From NCBI GenBank assembly GCA_020072905.1, contig JAIQGB010000060.1, forward strand, positions 1-45,964: 45,964 nt of DNA, read 5' to 3'. Source of the stretch: Terriglobia bacterium. GTDB lineage: Bacteria > Acidobacteriota > Terriglobia > UBA7540. The notes beneath the pieces were generated by a model. It saw only the letters and a program-made list of their open reading frames with translations. It did not search any database and was not told the origin of the DNA. Shown in pieces: positions 26,006 to 34,555 of the stretch (positions within the stretch are counted from its first letter, which is position 1; each line of letters begins with the position of its first letter). The translations under genes and the position numbers were made by a program.

Positions 26006-27094
26006 GTGAGAATTGTTCATATCGACACCGGTTATGAGCTGCGCGGCGGGCAGCGGCAATTGCTGCGGCTGGCGCGCGGATTGCGCGAGCGCGGGCACGA
26101 GCAAAGGCTCGTCTGCCCCGAGGAGAGCGAACTCGAGGCCCGTGCGCGGGCCGAAGGGTTCCGGATTTTCGCCCTGCTCGCTCAGGATTGGGGACACGCC
26201 AACGGTATTCTCCAGCTTCGCCAGCAACTGCTCGCCGAACCCGCCGACATCCTGCACGCGCACGACGGCCGGGCGCAGACGGTCTCCTGGCTCGCCTCTC
26301 TCGGTCTGCCGGTGCGCCGCGTGGCCAGCCGCCGCGTGACCTTCCTGCCGGGGACTCCGGCCCGTCATCGGTTCATTTACGCGCGCACCTGCCACGCGGT
26401 CATCGCCGTCTCAGAGTACATCCGCAGTTTGGTCATCGGGGCAGGCGTTCCGGCGGACAAGATCGAAATCATTCCGGATGGAATTGAAATCCCGCCCACC
26501 TTGCCGTCGCACGAAGAGCGCGCACTTCAGCGCCGACTCTGGGACCTCCGGGATGATACCTTTGTGGTGGGTCACCTCGGCGCATTCACGCCCGAAAAGG
26601 GACACGATACTGCCATCGAAGCAGTTCGCCTCGCATCTGAGAGGCTGCCGAACGTTTGCATGCTCTTCGTCGGCGAGGGTCCCCCCGAGATGACCGCCCG
26701 AATCCACGAGCAGGCACGCACAATCGTTAACCGTGTGCAATTCCTGGGCAATCTGGAAGAGCTGGCAGGTTTCTTCGTCGCGCTCGACGTTTTTATCATG
26801 CCTTCCCGGGCTGAAGGTCTGGGCTCGGCGGCGTTGCTGGCCATGGCGTACGGAAAAGCCGTCATCGCCAGCCGCGTGGGGGGCCTGCCGGAAGTCGTCG
26901 AAGAAGGCCGGACCGGCTGGCTGGTCACCCCCGGTTCACCGAAAGAACTCGCGGAAGCCATCCTCCTCGCCGCCTCCGACCGCGAGCGGCTGAGGGCATA
27001 CGGAGAGGCGGGCCGCGAGCGGGCCAGCCAGTATTCGAGTGGTATAATGGTGGCGCGTACTGAAGAAGTTTACTTACACTTGCTCAGGACTTGA
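26006..27094 (+). CDS. Family 4 (GT-B, RfaG-like) glycosyltransferase
   Basis: The N-terminus RIVHIDTGYELRGGQRQLL.LARGL..RGH is typical, as is the C-terminal MPSRAEGLGSAALLAMAYGKAVIASRVGGLPEVV. I chose GTG 26006; the ORF-track TTG 25961 would translate array G. Confidence 0.85.
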   Translation: MRIVHIDTGYELRGGQRQLLRLARGLRERGHEQRLVCPEESELEARARAEGFRIFALLAQDWGHANGILQLRQQLLAEPADILHAHDGRAQTVSWLASLGLPVRRVASRRVTFLPGTPARHRFIYARTCHAVIAVSEYIRSLVIGAGVPADKIEIIPDGIEIPPTLPSHEERALQRRLWDLRDDTFVVGHLGAFTPEKGHDTAIEAVRLASERLPNVCMLFVGEGPPEMTARIHEQARTIVNRVQFLGNLEELAGFFVALDVFIMPSRAEGLGSAALLAMAYGKAVIASRVGGLPEVVEEGRTGWLVTPGSPKELAEAILLAASDRERLRAYGEAGRERASQYSSGIMVARTEEVYLHLLRT

Positions 27095-27108
27095 GCCTCG
27101 GGGAATGC

Positions 27109-27128
27109 GGATGCGAGTCGCCGCATCC
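27109..27128 (+). terminator. Hairpin downstream of the GT4 gene
   Basis: GGATGCG-AGTCGC-CGCATCC is a 7-bp stem. There is no U-tract, so it may be only an attenuating structure ahead of pilD. Confidence 0.3.
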
Positions 27129-27163
27129 TGCACCGAGCCCCCGCAAGGACTTCCAGAACTCTT

Positions 27164-28012
27164 GTGCCAACTCCGCTTCCTATCCTCTGCGTTACGGTGG
27201 CCCTTTTCGGCTTGGCCTTCGGGAGCTTCCTGAACGTCTGCATCGCCCGGCTGCCGCGCGGGGAATCCATCATCTCGCCGCGCTCCCACTGCCCCAAGTG
27301 CAATCGCCCCCTGCGCTGGTACGACAATATTCCTGTCCTCAGTTTTCTGCTGCTCAGAGGTCGTTGCCGTAACTGCCGCGCGCCGATTTCGCTGATCTAT
27401 CCGGCTGTGGAACTCCTGACCACCGCCGTGCTGGTTGTGGCCTTCGCCCGGTATCGACTGAGCCCCGAATTCATCAAGCACTCGGTTCTCGGAATGTTGC
27501 TCATCGTCCTGGTCTTCACCGACTTGACCCACCGGCGGATTCCCCATCCCGTGACGCTTCTCGGGATGGCTCTAGGCCTTTTGCTCAGCCTGATTATCCC
27601 TGTTGACTCGCGGCCAGTGGACTGGATTCTTCAGCGCCTGGGTTCCGAGCTGAGCTTTCCCTTCTCGTCCTTGGTGGCCTCGCTGGCCGGAGCGGCCGTG
27701 GGCGGTGGAATTTTCTACGCCGTGGCTGAGGTGTTCTTTCGCCTCACCGGCAAGGAGGGGCTCGGATTCGGCGACGTGATGCTGATGCTCATGGTGGGGA
27801 CTTTCCTCGGCGTTCCGCTGACCCTGCTGACGATTCTCCTCGGCTCGATACTCGGAACGCTGGTGGCTGTCCCGCTCGAACTACTCAGCTCCCGCTTTCG
27901 TCACCACCCCTGGCCCTTTGGGACCTTCCTGGGCCTCGCGGCCATCTACGCCAGCCTCGGCGGGCAGCCGCTTCTGGAGGCGTACCTACGCTGGGCCGGT
28001 CTGGCAGGTTAA
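27164..28012 (+). CDS. pilD: Prepilin peptidase / N-methyltransferase (peptidase A24)
   Basis: Motifs: FGSFLNVCIARLP, the Cys cluster CPKC..LRWYDNIPVLSFLLLRGRCRNC, and the catalytic-Asp region GLGFGDVMLM. Confidence 0.9.
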   Translation: MPTPLPILCVTVALFGLAFGSFLNVCIARLPRGESIISPRSHCPKCNRPLRWYDNIPVLSFLLLRGRCRNCRAPISLIYPAVELLTTAVLVVAFARYRLSPEFIKHSVLGMLLIVLVFTDLTHRRIPHPVTLLGMALGLLLSLIIPVDSRPVDWILQRLGSELSFPFSSLVASLAGAAVGGGIFYAVAEVFFRLTGKEGLGFGDVMLMLMVGTFLGVPLTLLTILLGSILGTLVAVPLELLSSRFRHHPWPFGTFLGLAAIYASLGGQPLLEAYLRWAGLAG

Positions 28013-28013
28013 C

Positions 28014-28646
28014 GTGTTGCGCAATCTCAATCCCCTCCAAATCACCCTCCTGCTTGGTGCAGGCCTGGTCATCGTTGGCCTGACTGCTTTCATCCTCTAC
28101 GTGATCCACAAGGCATTCCAACAACAGCGCAAGCCCGAGGATTTCCGACCATCCTCTCCCAAGTCCGGAGATGAGTCCAGCATCCTGCTGGCCTCGATGC
28201 AAGGCGTGTTGAGCCGCATGAAAGCCCGCGAGCGGGAACTGGAAGCGCTGCTGCGGGAGGCCGAGCAACGCGCCGACTCGAGCACACGCACGCTTGAAGC
28301 CGTCGTCCGCGACCTGACGGTCGGCCTCTTAATCTTCACTCGGGACGGCTTTCTGGCTCTGTCGAATCCCGTAGCGCGCGAGTTGCTCGGTGTTGACACC
28401 TGGTCGCGACGCCGCTACCCGGAGATCCTCGGCGCCGAGTCCTCACTTTCCCATCACCTGCGCAACGCCCTCGAAGCCGGCGCGTGCCTTCACGCCGAAA
28501 CAGTAGGACATCGGCTCCCGGACGGAGGTATGGTTCTTCTCGAAGTGACTCTCACACCCTTCTATGGGCGAAGCGGCCAGGTGGAAGGCGCCGTCTGCCT
28601 TTTACACAAGGGGGGCATCACTACCGGGTTGCCGAAAGCGGAATGA
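28014..28646 (+). CDS. Membrane-anchored coiled-coil/PAS protein (looks like the N-terminal half of a sensor kinase)
   Basis: The GTG start lies 2 nt after the pilD stop. One TM helix is followed by a coiled coil and a PAS-like segment (VVRDLTVGLLIFTRDGFLALSNPVARELLG). The ORF stops where the HisKA dimerisation domain normally begins. Confidence 0.6.
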   Translation: MLRNLNPLQITLLLGAGLVIVGLTAFILYVIHKAFQQQRKPEDFRPSSPKSGDESSILLASMQGVLSRMKARERELEALLREAEQRADSSTRTLEAVVRDLTVGLLIFTRDGFLALSNPVARELLGVDTWSRRRYPEILGAESSLSHHLRNALEAGACLHAETVGHRLPDGGMVLLEVTLTPFYGRSGQVEGAVCLLHKGGITTGLPKAE

Positions 28647-28691
28647 GTGTTATCAGCTCGCTGATGGCCCGCCGGGAGCGGTCAGGCTGAG

Positions 28692-28721
28692 GGAGGGCAC
28701 AAGCCCGAGGGTGAGCCCTCC
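28692..28721. terminator. Hairpin between convergent PAS-protein and kinase genes
   Basis: GGAGGGC(16-nt loop)GCCCTCC is a 7-bp stem in an 80-bp convergent gap. Confidence 0.3.
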
Positions 28722-28726
28722 TCCCC

Positions 28727-31700
28727 TCAAGCGGAATCCAGGACTTCGCGCACCTTTTGAGCCAGGACGGCCGGGGTGAAAGGCTTCTGGAGAAAAGCCG
28801 CGCTGGAAGCCAGCACGCCGTGATGGACGATGGCGTCATCCGTGTAGCCCGACATGTACAAAACCTTCATCTCGCGGTGATACGGCCGAAGACGGTCGGC
28901 CAATTCCGGCCCGCCCATCTCCGGCATCACCACATCGGTCAGCAACAGGTGGATCGGCCCCTTGTGTTGTTCCGAGACCACGAGGGCGTCTTCACCGTTG
29001 CGCGCCACCAGGACTTTGTATCCTCCCCCCTCGAGAACTCCACAGACCAGCGAGCGCACGGCCGCTTCATCTTCGACCAGCAGGACCGTTTCCGTTCCGC
29101 GCCGCCCTGCCGCGCGCCGAGGTGGTTCGACGGGCTCCAGCTTCCCTTCCACGCGGGGCAAGTGGATCTTGAACGTCGCCCCCCGACCGACTTCGCTGTA
29201 CACCCAGATATAGCCGCCGCTCTGCTTCACGATGCCATACCGCGCGCATTGACGACGAGATTGAGAATCACCTGTTCGATCTGGCCGGGATCGACTTTGG
29301 CAAGGCCGAGAGCCGCACCGGGGATATTAACCAGTTCAATGTCTTCGCCGATCAACCTTCGCAGCATGTTATGAAGATTGGCGACGACAGAATTCAGATC
29401 GATGACTTGTGGCGTCAGGACTTGGCGGCGGCTGAAGGCCAGCAACTGACGTGTGAGCGAGGCCGCCCGGTCGGCCGCCTTGCGGATCTCACTGACGCGC
29501 GAAAGTTCCGGGTGTTGGGGTCCCAGGCGATCGAGGAGCAGATCGCTATATCCGCCGATGATGGTCAGCAGGTTGTTGAAGTCGTGGGCTACGCCGCCCG
29601 CCAGCCGGCCCACCGCTTCGATCCGTTGTGACTGGCGCACCTGCTCCTCGAGTTGCCGTTCCCGCGTCACGTCGCGCTGGACGGCGACGAAGTTGACGAT
29701 TTGCCCCGCGCTGTCGCGTACCGGCGAGATCACTGCCTCGGCCTCGTAGAGCGTTCGGTCTTTTCGCCGATTGATGAAGCGCCCCGCCCAGGCTTCTCCG
29801 CGCGTCAGGGTCTCCCACAAGACTCGATAGAACTCCGCGTCCTGCCTGCCGCTTTTCAGAATCCTGGGATTCTGGCCGGTGACCTCGTCCCGGCGATAGC
29901 CGGTGACCCTTTCGAAGGCGGGATTGACATAAGCGATGCTGCCCTGCGGGTCCGTGACCACGATCGCCTCCGCGGCTTGCTCCACGGCCAGGCTCAGACG
30001 GGCGCGCTCTTCCTCGACCCGCTCCCGGCCCAGACGCGCCCGCAGTGACATGAGCCCATAAGAAACGTTGGCGGCCAACTCGCTGAGGAGCCGCTCCTCC
30101 TCGGCGTCGAACGCGTTGGATTCGGCCGAATAGATCGCCAACACACCGCTGGGTTTGCCGTCCGGATTCAGCGGCAAGCCAATGAGCGAGGCGTAGCCGC
30201 GTCGCGCGGCTTCCCTCCGCCAGAAGAGGAAGGTCGGGTCCGTCTGCACATCGCGCACGATGTGCACTCGACCCGTGCGGACCGCCGTCCCCGCGGGACC
30301 TCGACCGGATTCGCTGTCGTCCCACGTGATCTTCACCTGCGCAAGATAGCCGTCTTCGTGTCCCGCCCGGGCAACGGGACGGATCGATTTGTCCGCGTCG
30401 TGCTCCGCAAACCCAATCCAGGCAAAAGGGTATTGACCGACTTCGACGATGATCCGGCAGATTTCGTCCAACAATTCGGCTTCCGCGCTCGCCCGCGCCA
30501 TGGCCTGATTGCATTGACTCAGCGTCTTGAGGGCACGGTTGACGCGACGCAGTTCAGCCTCGGCGCGCTTCTCTTTCGTGATATCAACCATCACCCCGCA
30601 AAGCTGCTGTGGTTTGCCCGCCACATCCAGAACGACTCGGACCTTGTCCCTCAGCCACACGACGCGGCCGTCCGCGGCGAGCATCCGGTACTCGAGCTCG
30701 TAATCCCGGCCCACCGCTGTGCCACTGCGGCACTCGGCAAGCGTCCGTTCGCGGTCAGCGGGGTAGATATGCTCTTCCCAGAAATGCGGGAGGGTCAGCC
30801 AGTCTTCAATGGAATATCCCAAGAGCAGTTCAGCCCGGCGGCTGACAAAGGTAAAGTGGAACGTTGCCGCATCGGCTTCCCAAACGATCGCGTCCACCGA
30901 CTGAATCAGGTCGCGCAACCGCCGCTCGGAAGCTTCCGCCGCGGCCCGGAGCCGCTCGCCCTCGCTCTGGTCCTCCACGACGACCAGCAACCGGCCGTCA
31001 GCTTCGCCGTGGGCAACGCTGGTGATGGTGATTCGCGCGGGCCGCTTTTCCTGGCTTCCCGGCAGCGTGATGTCGAGCAGGACGCTTTGTGGAGCCATCT
31101 CGCTCTCGGAGGCGCTGCTCACCCGATAGGGCGGAGACTCCGCCTGGAGGATTTCATTGAGGCGCCGTCCCAGGACCTCCTCGGAGCGCATATGAAACAA
31201 CTTGAGGAAGGGGCGATTGGTGGAGAGCACGCGGAGGTCGGAAGAGAGGACAAGCAGCCCGGCCGGAGCACTGTCGACGATTTCCTGGGCGTACTGCCGC
31301 ACTTTGAGGATGTGCTGTTGCTGCTCGACCCGCTCCTCCAGGGCGTGCGCCAACTGGCTCCGCCGATAGCCGCGGAGCAGCCCGCCGATGACCAGGATGA
31401 GCAGCAGGGCGACCAGACCTTCGGCGCGTGCGGTTGAATAAAAGCTCTTCAACGCCTGGGCGCGGTCAATTTTCCGAACCAGACCCCAGCCCGTTTCTGG
31501 AATCCGACGCGTGGCGGCGATGACACGAACGCCACGGTGGTCAAGGAAATCTCCCATGCCCTGAGCGCCGCCGAGTGCCGCGACGGCCACCCGTTCGCCG
31601 TCCTCCGAGGGTTGCCGAAGGAAACTTGATTTCGTGTCGCGGGACCGAAGTGGAGAGATGAATTCAATAGCCTGCCCCTCCCGCCGCACCAGAACTGTCT

Positions 31701-32418
31701 CCTCGCTCGTCGCCGGGAGCGGCGACGTGGCCAGGAGCAGATACAAACGACGCATCGGCGAGATCTGCACCTCAACGATCCCGAGGACGTTCTCCCGAGG
31801 TGAACCGACGGCGCGAAATCCCTCGCGCGTGATGACCGGCACGGCGAAACTCAACTGGCTGGACTGAGGAGATTCGCCCGAAAGGTCGACGCGAGGTTGC
31901 CCATCCTGCAAGGCGGCTTGAAAAAGCTTTTGGGAACGGCCGGAGATTTCCGTCGAGCCCGTCGCCCGGAGAATCGCCTGGCCTTCAAGGTCCAGAATGT
32001 TGATGGCCGAATACCCAAAGACCTTGGTAAAGCGATCGAGAAGCGCAGTCAGCTCACGCTGCAGGGCCAGTCGGCGTGGAGATCGGCCGCCGGGGGGTTG
32101 GGAGAGCAGTTCGCGGACGGAGGGGAGGGCGGCGAGCACTTCGGCGTCCGCTTGGCGCTCATGAAGATAGTTCGAAACGGCCGATGCCCGATCTTCGGCG
32201 ATCGAAGCCTGTCGCAGCTCCCAGGACGTCGTTTCATTTTGGTATATGCGCGCGATGTGATACGAGGCGAATCCGACGATAACGCCGCTGGTTAGAAGGA
32301 AAACCAGAAGTTCGGACCAGGACGCAGGAAGCAGAAAGCGCCGCAGTCTGGAGAGGAAGTTCTGTCGGGGCCGCTCGCTGGCCCGAACCCGGCTTTCACC
32401 TGGATCAGAGGGACTCAT
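28727..32418 (-). pseudogene. Hybrid sensor histidine kinase (TM, sensor domain, TM, multiple PAS/GAF, HisKA, HATPase, REC) disrupted by a deletion of the ATP-binding core
   Basis: The upstream ORF ends ..QIEQVILNLVVNAR-GMAS*. The downstream ORF frame reads ..YGIVKQSGGYIWVYSEVGRGATFKIHLP followed by a complete REC domain. The N-box and the post-G2 segment are separated by only 2 nt (29240-29241). About 65-75 residues, including the D/F/G boxes, are therefore missing and the frame shifts. Confidence 0.7.
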
Positions 32419-32533
32419 GTGATGTCGTGCGACTCGCTCGCCTGGCCTGTGCCGGGCAACCCGTGAGCGTCCTTGGGCGGCAAGGAAGCGACCTGGTCGA
32501 AATCCCGCGGGGATTTCTCGAGGCGGCCACGAC

Positions 32534-33670
32534 TCAGCCTTTCGAGCTTCCGGAGGGCTTCGGATCGGATCGCCAAGCAGTTGCGGGCATCGCCCGTCCG
32601 GTCACGCGCCGACCCGCTACTTCCATCCGTATATTCTCCCAAGTCTGGTCGGGCAAGGAAAGGAAGACCCGGACGATTTCGGGGTCGAACTGGCGCCCCG
32701 ATTCGCGCTGAATCTCTGCCCGTGCCGCCGCCATCGGCAGGGCGCGCCGATAAGGCCGGTCGGAGGTCATCGCGTCAAGCGTGTCGGCGACAGCGAAAAC
32801 GCGCGCCCCGATCGGAATCTCACTTCCCATGAGCCCCTGCGGATAACCCGTACCGTCGTAGCGTTCCTGGTGCGTTAGGACAATGGCAGCCGCCGGGGCG
32901 AGAAACGCGATGCGGCAGACGAGGTCGTACCCTATCCGGACGTGCGTCTGCATGACGGCCATTTCTTCCGACAACAGTTTGCCTTCCTTGAGCAGGATCG
33001 AATCCGGGATCCCGATCTTGCCGATATCGTGAAGATAGGCGCCACGGGAAATCTGCTTCAGCTCCTCGTTCGAGCACCCGACGACCGCGGCGATCTCCAG
33101 GCAGTACCGTCTAACCCGTTCGGAGTGTCCCGCCGTCTCCGTGTCGCGCAAGTCGAGCGCAGCCCCCAAGGCTTCGAGGGTCTCGTCATAGGTCAGCTCA
33201 ATTCGCCTCATCGCCGCCTGGAGTTGTCTTGTTCGCGCCTCGACCATCTCCTCGAGATTGTGGCGGTATTTCTCCAGCTCGGCTTCTAGGCGCTTCACAT
33301 CCAGCGCCCTCTGAACGCTCGCCAGCAGAGCATCCAACTGGATGGGTTTGACCAGGTAGTCCGCTGCGCCCTGCTTCATGGCCTGGATGGCGACCCGCAG
33401 GTCGTCCTCGGCTGTCACCATCACGTACGCCGAGTGCGGATGCCGCTGGTGAGCCTCCGCCAGGAATTGCATCCCGGACATCCCGGGCATGCGAATGTCG
33501 GAGATCACCAGATCGAAGGACTCGCGCTGCATCACCGTGAGCGCTTCCTCTCCACTCGAAGAGGTCCGGCAGTCGTACCCCTCCATGCTGAGGCGCTCGC
33601 TCAGCAAGGCGCACACGGCCGGCTCGTCGTCCAAAACCAAGACCCGTCCCTTGGAATCCTCATTGCCCAT
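32534..33670 (-). CDS. Response regulator with an HD-GYP domain (RpfG-like c-di-GMP phosphodiesterase)
   Basis: The REC domain shows VLVLDDEP..DLVISDIRMPGMSG..KP. The HD-GYP domain shows HDIGKIGIPDSILLK...HQERYDGTGYPQGL. Confidence 0.9.
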   Translation of the reverse strand: MGNEDSKGRVLVLDDEPAVCALLSERLSMEGYDCRTSSSGEEALTVMQRESFDLVISDIRMPGMSGMQFLAEAHQRHPHSAYVMVTAEDDLRVAIQAMKQGAADYLVKPIQLDALLASVQRALDVKRLEAELEKYRHNLEEMVEARTRQLQAAMRRIELTYDETLEALGAALDLRDTETAGHSERVRRYCLEIAAVVGCSNEELKQISRGAYLHDIGKIGIPDSILLKEGKLLSEEMAVMQTHVRIGYDLVCRIAFLAPAAAIVLTHQERYDGTGYPQGLMGSEIPIGARVFAVADTLDAMTSDRPYRRALPMAAARAEIQRESGRQFDPEIVRVFLSLPDQTWENIRMEVAGRRVTGRAMPATAWRSDPKPSGSSKG

Positions 33671-33820
33671 AGAAGGTGTTCACCGAAGAAGGTCGAAGCG
33701 CGCCCCCACAGACCCGAAGGCCCCAGGAAGCATACGACCCCTGTATTCCACACTTTTATACCATAGCTGCTCAGTTTGTTATAGCCCCAGGAAAAACCGC
33801 CTCGAGGACATTAGACGGGC

Positions 33821-34555
33821 CTAATCCTGAAGCCAGCGGATCAGGTTCTGAAAGATCTTCAGTCCATCCTGGGAATACTGGGCAGGCAAGGAGGCGCGTT
33901 CCGGATGCGGCATCAAGCCGAGGACCAGTCCGGTAGAATCGGTTACTCCCGCCACCGCTTCCGGAGCGCCGTTGGGGTTGTCGGGATACTGCAGGGTCGG
34001 CCGGCCCTCGGCATCGGCGTAGCGGAAAACCACCGGCACTGGGCTCCCCGGCTCACAGATGAGCGGCCGGCCTTCTCCGTGGGCTGTCGGCATTTCGAGG
34101 ACCTGTCCGGCAAGTCCACCGGTCCACATACAGCTTTCCTCGGAGACAAGCAAGCGGACCTTGCGGTCCTCGAAGCGCGCTGACTGGTTTTCGATGAGCG
34201 CCATCGAGCGCTTTCCCGGTGTGCGCCCAGGAAGGATGCCGGCTTCGGTCAGCACCTGAAAGCCGTTGCAGATTCCCAGAATGGGTTTCTGGCTGTCCAG
34301 GAACCTCACCAATTGGTCGCGCAGCTTGGCGACCAGCGTCGTGGCAAAAATCCTTCCCGCACCCAGGTGGTCGCCGTAAGAGAAACCGCCGGGCACGGCG
34401 GCCGCCTGATAGTCATCCAGACGCGCGCGGCCGTCCAAGAGATCGCGGAGCAGCACCAGGGCGCTCTTCCCGCCTGCCCGCTCGATGGCCGCCGCCGTTT
34501 CTTCATGGCAGTTGGTCCCGGGAGCGTAAAGGATCGCCGTCGTCGCTTCGCTCAT
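33821..34555 (-). CDS. purQ: Phosphoribosylformylglycinamidine synthase, glutaminase subunit
   Basis: Class I amidotransferase motifs: ILGICNGFQVL and MPHPER. Its ATG overlaps the purL stop (ATGA). Confidence 0.9.
   Translation of the reverse strand: MSEATTAILYAPGTNCHEETAAAIERAGGKSALVLLRDLLDGRARLDDYQAAAVPGGFSYGDHLGAGRIFATTLVAKLRDQLVRFLDSQKPILGICNGFQVLTEAGILPGRTPGKRSMALIENQSARFEDRKVRLLVSEESCMWTGGLAGQVLEMPTAHGEGRPLICEPGSPVPVVFRYADAEGRPTLQYPDNPNGAPEAVAGVTDSTGLVLGLMPHPERASLPAQYSQDGLKIFQNLIRWLQD

Noticed and set aside
29227-29241. Programmed ribosomal frameshift joining the two kinase ORFs
   Set aside because: A frameshift would still leave about 65-75 residues of the HATPase_c domain missing. 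No slippery sequence is present. A deletion or assembly gap explains it better.
32415-32642. 75-aa ORF between the HD-GYP regulator and the kinase
   Set aside because: It overlaps the 3' end of the regulator gene in another frame, has no motifs and shows biased composition. It is most likely spurious.
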